From contig CAZQVL010000002.1 in NCBI GenBank assembly GCA_964596715.1, forward strand, positions 50,829 through 114,828: a stretch of 64,000 bases of DNA. Reading direction: 5' to 3'. The stretch is from an uncultured Rikenellaceae bacterium. Lineage in GTDB: Bacteria; Bacteroidota; Bacteroidia; Bacteroidales; VadinHA17. A program made the translations under genes and the position numbers. The notes beneath the pieces are model-generated. The model had not been told where the DNA came from, ran no database searches, and worked only from the letters and a program-made list of their open reading frames with translations. Shown in pieces: positions 1 through 8,841 of this stretch (positions are counted from its first letter, which is position 1; each line of letters starts with the position of its first letter).

Positions 1-1260
1 ATTTGCACTGATAAGATCACCTAGTGTATCTTCCGGTGGATTCATCATTGCAAAAGGTTTTATACCTCCAACTTCAGTTTCTTTACCGGGGAAGTCGGGA
101 TGTTTAATTTCTCTCCACGGAATAAAGACATCGTTTATTCTGTTTTTTTCAGCAAACTTAAGAAAAGCCACTTCAGCATTCATGTCTTTCTCTACAGGGA
201 ACCACCAGGCAGGTGTGCTGAAGCTGTATCTCCCGTAATGAAAATATGACCATTCCATAAAATTACCGGGAGGATTGCTGGTAACCGGGGCACCTTTTGC
301 TCCGGTAATTTCATGATACCTGTCCGAAACAAGCTTATTAATTATCTCATCACTTTTGGTAATACTGGTGATCTTCCTCCCCTGGGCAGGTCGTTCTGCT
401 GATTTCATAGGTTGTCCAAGGTTATCCTGCGGCCCAAATGCAAAAGTTGCATATATATTAAATCTTTCATAGAGAAAATCAAGCACTGCTTTTGTTTCGG
501 GTTCGGAAACAGGATATAATCCTGCATTAGTACCAAACTCTTCATAATTATATGTAAGATTCCGGTTGAGATTTACTCCGCCCTCGCCATCTTCATTATA
601 TCTTCCGTCTTTATCATTATCAAAACCCTCAGAATAAAGACTATAACCACCGGATTCTCCTTTCGTCAGTTCAGCTTCTGTCATAATCCTTTGATCTTCC
701 TTATTTTTTGTAAATATTCCTGAAGGATCCCTGACACGAATATGTGTTATATAACCATCATTATTAAGATCTTCGTAAGGATCTTCATTAATGGAAAAAT
801 CTTTATCATCATCCGTAGCACTCGTATTAACAACTCTCTCATATTTTGTTTCAGCGAAAAACTGTTCTGTTGCATCAGGACTGATATCCGGAAGAACATA
901 GAAAGTTATTTTATTCAGTAGTTCTTTGATTTCAGGTGTCTGCTGATTTTTGAGGATTGTTGATGCAAATCCTAAAGCAATTTCCTTTCCCAGTATGTGA
1001 TTTCCCTCAATTCCGCCAAGTACAGCGACTGCCGGTTTATTGTCCTTGTCGCCGGTTCCGATGGTAACCAGCCAGATATCTTTACCACCATCAGTTTTTA
1101 CCAGAGATTTAGCACTGCAGACAGTAGAATGATCTCTGCTCATGGCATCGATCATCTGTGCCATCGTTCTGTGGTTATGGTATTTTTCCTGAGATGAAAG
1201 CGGAAATGACCCGATTTTAATAATCAAGGTCAGGATCATGATTTTACGAATTATTTTCAT
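1..1260 (-). CDS. Secreted M14-family zinc carboxypeptidase-like protein, 3' end runs off the window
   Basis: Not in the ORF track. Manual translation from ATG at 1260 gives MKIIRKIMILTLIIK...VLGGIEGNHILG...GVNLNRN...PVSEPETKAV, with acidic DDDKD/EDLNNDG loops typical of Bacteroidota M14-like proteins. Confidence 0.75.
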   Translation of the reverse strand, partial: MKIIRKIMILTLIIKIGSFPLSSQEKYHNHRTMAQMIDAMSRDHSTVCSAKSLVKTDGGKDIWLVTIGTGDKDNKPAVAVLGGIEGNHILGKEIALGFASTILKNQQTPEIKELLNKITFYVLPDISPDATEQFFAETKYERVVNTSATDDDKDFSINEDPYEDLNNDGYITHIRVRDPSGIFTKNKEDQRIMTEAELTKGESGGYSLYSEGFDNDKDGRYNEDGEGGVNLNRNLTYNYEEFGTNAGLYPVSEPETKAVLDFLYERFNIYATFAFGPQDNLGQPMKSAERPAQGRKITSITKSDEIINKLVSDRYHEITGAKGAPVTSNPPGNFMEWSYFHYGRYSFSTPAWWFPVEKDMNAEVAFLKFAEKNRINDVFIPWREIKHPDFPGKETEVGGIKPFAMMNPPEDTLGDLISAN

Positions 1261-1289
1261 ATTATTCGATTAAATATTAGTTATTTACG

Positions 1290-1805
1290 TTAATGCAATG
1301 TATGGTTCCGGGAGATTTGAAAATTGCAGGAATTGAATCCGGGATTCCAATTCTTATTCTTAATAAATTCATTTGTTATGATATTGAAGTATCCGAGCAC
1401 ATGTTCCGGTGACAAAGTGTAGACAAGCTCATCGTTGTCTCCGATATACGGATCGGTAATCGACATAACTTCTTCGATATCTAGATCATCTGTATTTGAT
1501 ACGGCCGTATATATATCATAAATGGTCTTAGGTATTGCTATTATAATTGTAAAATGTCCGTATTCTTTCCTCTGGAATAGAAAATAAGTAATTTCAATGG
1601 GTTCATTCGGATTTACACTATCGGTCGAATGGGATAGCTGACTTTCAAATATGAATCCGTCGTTAATAATGCTTTCAACAACGCTGAATTCCCTGGTATT
1701 GTGGAGGAAGATATAGCAATCATTATAATCCTTTAGAATAGTTGACAGAATCTCTCCTTTATTCTTCATTGCAGAAAACAACGTTTGTCTGTTATTCAGA
1801 TTCAA
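1290..1805 (-). CDS. Hypothetical protein (171 aa)
   Basis: Open frame filling the gap between the M14 gene and znuA, co-oriented with the M14 gene; no motif recognised. Confidence 0.6.
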   Translation of the reverse strand: MNLNNRQTLFSAMKNKGEILSTILKDYNDCYIFLHNTREFSVVESIINDGFIFESQLSHSTDSVNPNEPIEITYFLFQRKEYGHFTIIIAIPKTIYDIYTAVSNTDDLDIEEVMSITDPYIGDNDELVYTLSPEHVLGYFNIITNEFIKNKNWNPGFNSCNFQISRNHTLH

Positions 1806-1894
1806 AAATAGTTTATATTATTTTATTTGCAACACTTTACTCTTTTGATCTGTTATATGTTAAATTTGTATCTGTTATGAACAAAGGAGTGTCA

Positions 1895-2761
1895 ATGAAA
1901 AAGCTACTTTTTTCGTTTTACTTCATATTTTTATTCTCATGCGGCAGACACGGATCACATACTGAAGGGGACATAATAACTGTAAGCATATCGCCCTTCA
2001 AGTATTTTGTTGAACAGATAGCCGGGCACGATTTCACTGTTAATGTAATGGTTCCTCCGGGAGCCAATCCTCATATATACGAACCATATCCCGGGCAGAT
2101 CAGCAATCTCAGAAAATCAGTCGCATACATCAGTAACGGACATCTAGGTTTTGAAATAACATGGCTTGATCGTTTTTATGAAGCAAACAGGACAATGGTA
2201 AAGTTGTCGGCCAGTGATCAGATTGATCTCATTGAACCGGAGCATTCACATGAGGGTAACCATTCCGAAGGAGCTGATCCTCATTACTGGTTATCTCCGA
2301 AATGTGCACTAATTATTGCTGCATCGGTTAAAGAGTTATTGATTGAACTAAATCCGAACCACAGGGAGAAATACGAGATAAATTACCGGAATCTGATTGA
2401 AAAAATAGAACAGGTTGATGAAAAAGCCCGGCAGCTTCTTTCCGGAGGTCAGAAAAAATCTTTTTTGATATTTCATCCTAACCTTCAGTATCTTGCCAGG
2501 GATTATGGCCTTGAAGAGATTTCTCTTGAACATGAAGGGAAGGAACCTTCTCCTTCAAGAATGAAAGAACTAATCGACCGGTCAAAAAAAGAGGATCTGA
2601 AGGTAATATTTGTTCAAAAGGAGTACGACATAAAAAATGCACAGACAATAGCTGATGAAACAGGTGCTGAAATTGTGATCATAGATCCTTTATCTGAAGA
2701 CTGGTTTAATGCTACAATGGATATTGTAAATGCGTTGTATGAAAGCTTTGTGATTAATTGA
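1895..2761 (+). CDS. znuA: Zn/Mn ABC transporter substrate-binding lipoprotein
   Basis: Lipobox (LFSC), PPGANPHIYEP, His-rich loop EHSHEGNHSEGADPHYW, FLIFHP, IFVQKE. Start moved to the ATG at 1895 (alternative 1877). Confidence 0.9.
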   Translation: MKKLLFSFYFIFLFSCGRHGSHTEGDIITVSISPFKYFVEQIAGHDFTVNVMVPPGANPHIYEPYPGQISNLRKSVAYISNGHLGFEITWLDRFYEANRTMVKLSASDQIDLIEPEHSHEGNHSEGADPHYWLSPKCALIIAASVKELLIELNPNHREKYEINYRNLIEKIEQVDEKARQLLSGGQKKSFLIFHPNLQYLARDYGLEEISLEHEGKEPSPSRMKELIDRSKKEDLKVIFVQKEYDIKNAQTIADETGAEIVIIDPLSEDWFNATMDIVNALYESFVIN

Positions 2762-2772
2762 GTAGTTAAATT

Positions 2773-3519
2773 ATGGCATATTTAGTTGAAATAAACTCAT
2801 TGTCAGCCTCATATGGTGACAATACCGTACTTGAGGATATTAATTTTAAGATATACGACCATGATTTTATTGGTGTTATTGGACCTAATGGAGGCGGAAA
2901 AACAACCCTTCTGAAAGTAATACTTGGCCTGGTAAAGCCTGTAAAAGGTAAAATAATATTCAATAGAAAACTGTTGATCGGTAATAATACTGGGTATCTT
3001 CCTCAGATCGCGACCGGTGATTTAAATTACCCGGTTACTGTAAGTGACGTAGTATTATCAGGTCTGATGATAGGGAAGGGAGTTGTTTCACGGGTATCGT
3101 CGCAGGACAAAGAACGGGTCGTTGAAGTTATTGAGGAACTTGGCCTGACATCAATGAGAAGGTCGTCGCTAAGCGAATTATCAGGGGGTCAGTTGCAAAG
3201 GGTCTTTCTGGGACGTGCGATAATCGGAAATCCAAAATTACTATTGCTTGACGAGCCGGGCAATTTTGTTGATACAAATTTCGAGAAAGATTTTTATGAC
3301 AAGCTGCGTGAACTTAATAGCCGGATGGCAATCTTGATGGTTTCTCATGATATCGGTACCATATCGTCACATGTTAAGTCATTTGCCTGTGTGAACAGAT
3401 ATCTTCATTATCATCCCTCGTCTGAGATATCTAATGAACAACTTCTTGCTTACGGTTGTCCGATACAACTTATTACTCACGGAGATGTTCCTCATACAGT
3501 TCTGAAACACCATGATTAG
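2773..3519 (+). CDS. znuC: Metal ABC transporter ATP-binding protein
   Basis: Walker A GPNGGGKT, signature LSGGQLQR, Walker B LLLLDEP, His-rich C-terminus. Confidence 0.9.
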   Translation: MAYLVEINSLSASYGDNTVLEDINFKIYDHDFIGVIGPNGGGKTTLLKVILGLVKPVKGKIIFNRKLLIGNNTGYLPQIATGDLNYPVTVSDVVLSGLMIGKGVVSRVSSQDKERVVEVIEELGLTSMRRSSLSELSGGQLQRVFLGRAIIGNPKLLLLDEPGNFVDTNFEKDFYDKLRELNSRMAILMVSHDIGTISSHVKSFACVNRYLHYHPSSEISNEQLLAYGCPIQLITHGDVPHTVLKHHD

Positions 3520-4370
3520 TGGAAGGAAGCATTTTTCAATATAGTTTTGTAATAAAGGGATTGCTTGGTGCGGTATTTGCCAGCATAACTGCTGGTCTGG
3601 CAGGTACATATATAGTGTCGAAGAGGATGGTTTTTCTTAGTGGGGGTATAACTCATGCCTCCTTCGGAGGTATCGGAATCGGATATTTTGCCGGATTTAA
3701 TCCATTGATTGGTGCTGCCGTTTTTGCTATACTGTCTGCTATTGGAATTGAATATCTTTCCGTAAGGCAAAAAATCAGGGAGGATTCAGCAATTGGCATC
3801 CTATGGGCTCTCGGTATGGCTGTTGGTATAATTTTCATATATCTGACTCCGGGTTATACACCCAATCTCATAAGTTATCTTTTCGGTAGTATCCTTACAG
3901 TCACCAACGCAGATATTACAGCTCTTGGAGTCTTATCGGTTGTACTTATTCTCTATTTTGTAATCTTTTACCGTTCAATTCTTTATATATCATTTGATGA
4001 AACGTTTGCAAGAACATATTCTTCATATGTAGATATATTTAAATATATCACTACGAGCCTGATCGCTCTTACTATAGTTCTGAATATAAGGATGGCCGGG
4101 ATTGTACTGGTTATTTCATTACTTACTATTCCCCCAAATATTGCCATGCTGTTCACCAGGGTTTACAGCACAATTGTCATCGGGTCAATTATTGCGGGTT
4201 TCATTGGTACTGTGACAGGTTATGTAATTGCTTATTTTGCAGGTATTCCTGTCGGTGCAACAGTAATTTTTTCACTAGGCACAATATGGATTATTGCAAA
4301 ACTGGTTAATCAGTTATGTAAAACAAAACCTGACTCAGGGGATCATGATGTTAAATCTAAATACTTATAA
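3519..4370 (+). CDS. znuB: Metal ABC transporter permease
   Basis: Multiple TM helices with GITHASFGG, DSAIG and SYLFGSIL motifs; in operon with znuAC. Confidence 0.9.
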   Translation: MEGSIFQYSFVIKGLLGAVFASITAGLAGTYIVSKRMVFLSGGITHASFGGIGIGYFAGFNPLIGAAVFAILSAIGIEYLSVRQKIREDSAIGILWALGMAVGIIFIYLTPGYTPNLISYLFGSILTVTNADITALGVLSVVLILYFVIFYRSILYISFDETFARTYSSYVDIFKYITTSLIALTIVLNIRMAGIVLVISLLTIPPNIAMLFTRVYSTIVIGSIIAGFIGTVTGYVIAYFAGIPVGATVIFSLGTIWIIAKLVNQLCKTKPDSGDHDVKSKYL

Positions 4371-4383
4371 AATAACAGACACA

Positions 4384-5775
4384 ATGGATTATGATCTGAT
4401 AATTATCGGAAGTGGCCCCGGAGGTTATGTTGCGGCGATCAGGGCGTCACAGTTGAAAATGAAAGTCGCGGTTATTGAAAAAGCTGAACCTGGAGGTATA
4501 TGTCTTAACTGGGGCTGTATTCCTACCAAATCCCTTCTGAAAAGTGCTCAGGTTTTTGAATATATGAAGCATGCATCAGAATATGGTATAACAACCGAAG
4601 TAGAGGTAAAGCCCGATTTCAGGGCAATAATTGCCCGTAGCCGGGCTGTTGCGGAAAGTATGAGCAAAGGAGTTCAGTTTCTTTTCAGAAAAAACAATAT
4701 TACCTTCATTAACGGATTTGGTCGGCTGTCCGGAAATGGCACGGTTGAAGTTGAAGATTCAGACAGGAACAGGAAAACCTATTCCGCAAAGAATATCATT
4801 CTCGCAACAGGAGCAAGGTCGAAAGAACTTACAGACCTGAAACAGGACAGTAAAAAGATTATCGGCTACAGGGAAGCAATGACTCTTGAAAAGCAACCTT
4901 CCTCGATGGTTGTTGTTGGTTCAGGAGCCATAGGCAGTGAGTTTGCAGGTTTTTACCAGACACTCGGCACCAGCGTTACTCTTATTGAGTTACTTCCCAG
5001 ACTTGTCCCTAATGAAGATGAAGAGGTTTCAAAACAGCTCGAGAGGTCTTTCAAAAAGCTTAAAATGAGGATATTGACTGATTCCATGGTGGAATCGGCA
5101 GATACATCGAAAGATAAATGTATTGTTACTGTCAAAACACCCAAAGGTCACGAAAGAATTGAAGCAGATATAGTATTGCTGGCTGTTGGTGTTACCGCAA
5201 ACCTGGAGGGTATCGGTCTTGAGAAGGAAGGTGTGAAAATTGAGAATGGGAAAGTTGTTGTGGACGATTTTTACAGGACGTTTGTTCCGGGAATCTTTGC
5301 CATAGGAGATATCGTTCATGGGCCGGCACTGGCACATGTTGCTTCAGCGGAAGGAATTATATGTGTTGAAAAGATGGCGGGATTAGATCCTGAACCTCTG
5401 GATTATAACAATATTCCAGCCTGTACATATACAAGTCCCGAAATAGCTTCCTGCGGTCTTACAGAAGCTGCTGCCAGGGAAGCCGGATATGATATTAAGG
5501 TCGGAAAATTTCCGTTTACAGCTTCAGGTAAAGCGAACTCGGCAGGTTCAAAAGATGGTTTTGTGAAATTGATATTTGATTCTGCTTACGGTGAACTGCT
5601 TGGCGCTCATTTGATTGGAGCAAATGTTACAGAAATGATTGCGGAAATAGTCGTGGCAAGGCGACTTGAAACCACAGCCCATGAACTGATCAAGTCGGTA
5701 CATCCTCATCCAACAATGTCTGAAGCTATTATGGAGGCTGCAGCTGCTGCTTACGGGGAAGTAATTCATCTATAA
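4384..5775 (+). CDS. lpdA: Dihydrolipoamide dehydrogenase (E3)
   Basis: GSGPGGY, redox GGICLNWGCIPTK and C-terminal HPHPTMSE; start at MDYD (4384). Confidence 0.95.
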   Translation: MDYDLIIIGSGPGGYVAAIRASQLKMKVAVIEKAEPGGICLNWGCIPTKSLLKSAQVFEYMKHASEYGITTEVEVKPDFRAIIARSRAVAESMSKGVQFLFRKNNITFINGFGRLSGNGTVEVEDSDRNRKTYSAKNIILATGARSKELTDLKQDSKKIIGYREAMTLEKQPSSMVVVGSGAIGSEFAGFYQTLGTSVTLIELLPRLVPNEDEEVSKQLERSFKKLKMRILTDSMVESADTSKDKCIVTVKTPKGHERIEADIVLLAVGVTANLEGIGLEKEGVKIENGKVVVDDFYRTFVPGIFAIGDIVHGPALAHVASAEGIICVEKMAGLDPEPLDYNNIPACTYTSPEIASCGLTEAAAREAGYDIKVGKFPFTASGKANSAGSKDGFVKLIFDSAYGELLGAHLIGANVTEMIAEIVVARRLETTAHELIKSVHPHPTMSEAIMEAAAAAYGEVIHL

Positions 5776-5788
5776 TAATATTCCTTAC

Positions 5789-5814
5789 GCAACCTTTTTT
5801 AGTGAATATGCATC
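5789..5814 (+). promoter_or_regulatory. ECF-sigma-type promoter, probably autoregulatory
   Basis: GCAAC-N17-CATC about 70 bp upstream of the ECF sigma gene, matching the AAC-N17-CGTC class consensus. Confidence 0.55.
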
Positions 5815-5885
5815 AATCTTTTTGGAATTACTGGCTTTTTAGACAATTATTTTATATTTTTATAATCTGAAAAAGGTCAATAACC

Positions 5886-6446
5886 TTGACAGATCTAAAA
5901 AATATAATCAAAGGTTGTCTGGCAGGTAACAGAAGAGATCAGGAACTTCTGTACAGAAGACATGCATCAAGATTATATGCTGTTTGTCTTCAGTATTCCG
6001 CTACTGATGATGAAGCACGTGATATTTTGCAGGATGGATTCATCAAGATTTTTGAAAATCTCGTGCATTATAAGCATGAAGGTTCTTTCGAAGGATGGAT
6101 GCGCCGGATAATAGTCAATACAGCTCTTGAGAAATACCGCAGTAAGCATACTCTTTACAGGGTCGATGATATTGAGTTGATTCCGGAACTTGATGCAGAA
6201 CCCTATAATGAAGATTATACCGGTCTTGAAGCTACTGATCTGCTTGACATTATCAGGGAACTGCCACCGAAATACAGGATGGTCTTCAACCTTTTTGCCA
6301 TAGAAGGTTATTCGCATAAGGAGATAAGCAAAATGGTAAATATTTCGGAGGGGACATCCAAATCTAATCTGTCGCGTGCCAGAGTTATACTACAGAGAAA
6401 AGTGACTGCATATACCGGAATAAAAAAACGGATAGTGAATGAATGA
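5886..6446 (+). CDS. ECF RNA polymerase sigma factor
   Basis: Region 2 (DILQDGFIKIF, FEGWMRRIIVNT) and region 4 (YSHKEISKMVNISEGTSKSNLSRAR); TTG start. Confidence 0.92.
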   Translation: MTDLKNIIKGCLAGNRRDQELLYRRHASRLYAVCLQYSATDDEARDILQDGFIKIFENLVHYKHEGSFEGWMRRIIVNTALEKYRSKHTLYRVDDIELIPELDAEPYNEDYTGLEATDLLDIIRELPPKYRMVFNLFAIEGYSHKEISKMVNISEGTSKSNLSRARVILQRKVTAYTGIKKRIVNE

Positions 6447-7749
6447 AACAAGGGCAAATATTGATCTTCTGTTCAGGAACGGACTAAAAGACCTTGAAGT
6501 TCTGCCACCCTCTGAAGTGTGGATTAATATAAAACCTGTTATAAGAAGAAGGCAGAAACCATTTATATATCTCAGAGCAGCTGCACTTATTGCTGTCCTG
6601 TTATCTCTTAGTTTTATTGCTTACAGGTGGGCAAGTGAACTGTCAAACACTCTTGAAAATCCTTTAATAACTCTTAATGATGAGTCAGTAATGCCAGTGG
6701 AAAACAGCGTAATTTCCCGGTTACTGCCTGTCCGTGAAAACAGCAGCAAGGAAACCCCGGTTGCAAAGGATAACCATCCGGGCCAGACCATAACCGAGTT
6801 GCCCGATGTTGATATAAAACCGGAAAATATCGTTTCTAACACTGAAGCAAATAATCCTGTAATAAATAAAAGTCTTTTTTCTCCGGAACCTTCTCTGGCA
6901 CTTTTAAACACGGGAGATAGTCAGAACACAGGGATTGATGATCTGAAAGGAGAGGATCACTACATGAATGACGGAAGCGTGCGAACACCAAAGTGGTCTG
7001 TTACTGCTATGGCTTCTCCAACATATTATACAGGTTTTGGATCGGCTAATGATGATTTTACAAAGGAGCTGATGGCATCCGAACAGGCTCACATCTCCTA
7101 CTCCGGAGGTGTGGCACTTTCATATAAACTGGGAGAAAAGCTAAGTATTCAGTCAGGTATTTACTATTCATCTGTCGGGCAGGTTGTAGGGGGAATCAGT
7201 TCTTACGGTGGATTCCGAAATTATGATTATACGAAAGGAGATCATAACTTCCGTGTACTTACTTCCACCGGGACTATCTACACTGACAATGTTGACGTGT
7301 TCCTTCTTGATGCAACCGGAAACAGAGTTCTGACAAGATATACCAATGATGTTTTCGACCCTATAAAATCAGAGCTTCAATATATCAACAGCTCCCTTCA
7401 TCAGAATTTCAGTTATCTCGAATTGCCTGTAATCCTGAGATATAAATTAGTCGACAGGGTTATTGATCTAAACCTTATCGGAGGATTATCCTATAACCTT
7501 CTGGTATACAACTCTGTATATACTACATACGACGGCAGCAAGTATGTCGTTGGAGGGACAGAAGGATTAAATCCGATGATCTTCAGCAGTTCCCTCGGAA
7601 TGGGAATGGAATATAATCTTTCCGACAAATTATCACTTAATCTTGAACCCACATTCAGATATTACCTCAAACCTTTCAGTGAAATGTCCGGGATAAATAA
7701 TCATCCATATTCCTTCGGAATTTTCTCGGGATTATCATATAAGTTCTGA
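6439..7749 (+). CDS. Putative anti-sigma factor with C-terminal outer-membrane beta-barrel (PorT/OMP_b-brl_2-like)
   Basis: Overlaps the sigma stop; short N-terminal domain, one TM helix, low-complexity linker, amphipathic beta-strands (YLELPVILRY, LNLEPTFRY) ending GLSYKF. Confidence 0.7.
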   Translation: MNETRANIDLLFRNGLKDLEVLPPSEVWINIKPVIRRRQKPFIYLRAAALIAVLLSLSFIAYRWASELSNTLENPLITLNDESVMPVENSVISRLLPVRENSSKETPVAKDNHPGQTITELPDVDIKPENIVSNTEANNPVINKSLFSPEPSLALLNTGDSQNTGIDDLKGEDHYMNDGSVRTPKWSVTAMASPTYYTGFGSANDDFTKELMASEQAHISYSGGVALSYKLGEKLSIQSGIYYSSVGQVVGGISSYGGFRNYDYTKGDHNFRVLTSTGTIYTDNVDVFLLDATGNRVLTRYTNDVFDPIKSELQYINSSLHQNFSYLELPVILRYKLVDRVIDLNLIGGLSYNLLVYNSVYTTYDGSKYVVGGTEGLNPMIFSSSLGMGMEYNLSDKLSLNLEPTFRYYLKPFSEMSGINNHPYSFGIFSGLSYKF

Positions 7750-7856
7750 TACCGGGGATCAATCAATCATTTTATGCATATTTAACATTGGCCTGAGTTA
7801 GTTTTCAGGTTCAAAAATATTACCTTTGCATTTTATTTCTAATCAGATTACTAATT

Positions 7857-8819
7857 ATGATAAGATCAGAAAGGAAAGCTTTTGTTGTTGCATTCGTACT
7901 TGTAAGTATTATAGTAATTGCCTTGTTTGTTGCTCCGACCATAAAAGGATATAGTGAGACAATTACCGGGGAGGAGTTTCCTTTAGATACGGTGCTTTCA
8001 AATAGACCTTACAAAATCCCTGATAATGTCAGTTTTGCCGGGGAAGAGATGCCTCTTAAGAATTTTGATACCCGCGAAAGCCTTGACCGTGAAATACTTA
8101 CAAGCGCCTACAGGCACTCGTCAACAATTCTTATTATAAAAAGAGCGAACAGGTATCTTCCTGTTATTGAGAAGATACTTAAGAAAAACGGCATACCTGA
8201 TGACTTTAAATATCTTGTGGCAGCAGAGAGCGAATACAGTAATATGATTTCTGCTGCTGGTGCAACAGGCTTCTGGCAGATCATGTCAGCAACAGGGAAA
8301 GAGGCAGGTATGGAGATCAATAATGTGATAGACGAACGTTACCACATTGAAAAATCAACTCAGTTTGCATGTGATTATTTTCTAAAATCGTACGAGAAAT
8401 ACGGTAACTGGACTTTGGCAGCAGCATCATATAATGGAGGCAGATCAGCTATTGGTGAACAAATAAGGATCCAGAAAGAAAATAATTATTATGATCTGTT
8501 GCTGACTGAAGAGACTGCAAGGTACATTTTCAGAGCTGTAGCTTACAAATTGATAATATCCGATCCGTCAAGTTACGGTTTCGAAATCACCAAGGATGAA
8601 TTGTATCCTGAACTACAGTACTATGAAGCAAAAGTTGATTCTGCAATAAATGACATGACCGATTTTGCGAAGAAACACGGAACAAATTATAAACTGCTGA
8701 AATATCTGAATCCATGGCTCAGGAAACCATATTTTATCCCCAGGCCAGGCAAGGAATATAAGATAAAGCTCCCCGTTGAAGGAATGCGTAATATTGAAAT
8801 GACTGAGATTGAATTCTGA
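7857..8819 (+). CDS. Lytic transglycosylase (SLT/MltD-like)
   Basis: AAESEY catalytic Glu, GATGFWQIM, LAAASYNGG, ETARYI. Confidence 0.9.
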   Translation: MIRSERKAFVVAFVLVSIIVIALFVAPTIKGYSETITGEEFPLDTVLSNRPYKIPDNVSFAGEEMPLKNFDTRESLDREILTSAYRHSSTILIIKRANRYLPVIEKILKKNGIPDDFKYLVAAESEYSNMISAAGATGFWQIMSATGKEAGMEINNVIDERYHIEKSTQFACDYFLKSYEKYGNWTLAAASYNGGRSAIGEQIRIQKENNYYDLLLTEETARYIFRAVAYKLIISDPSSYGFEITKDELYPELQYYEAKVDSAINDMTDFAKKHGTNYKLLKYLNPWLRKPYFIPRPGKEYKIKLPVEGMRNIEMTEIEF

Positions 8820-8841
8820 TTTTTGAAGGCATAAATTAGAG

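Noticed and set aside
1806-1894. Zur/Fur box upstream of znuA
   Set aside because: Only a TGCAAC half-site in AT-rich DNA; no convincing palindrome.
4294-4383. Apparent N-terminal extension of lpdA overlapping znuB (likewise 1742-1894 for znuA, 17432-17482 for bcp, 38402-38506)
   Set aside because: ORF-caller extension to the farthest start; homology begins at downstream ATGs.
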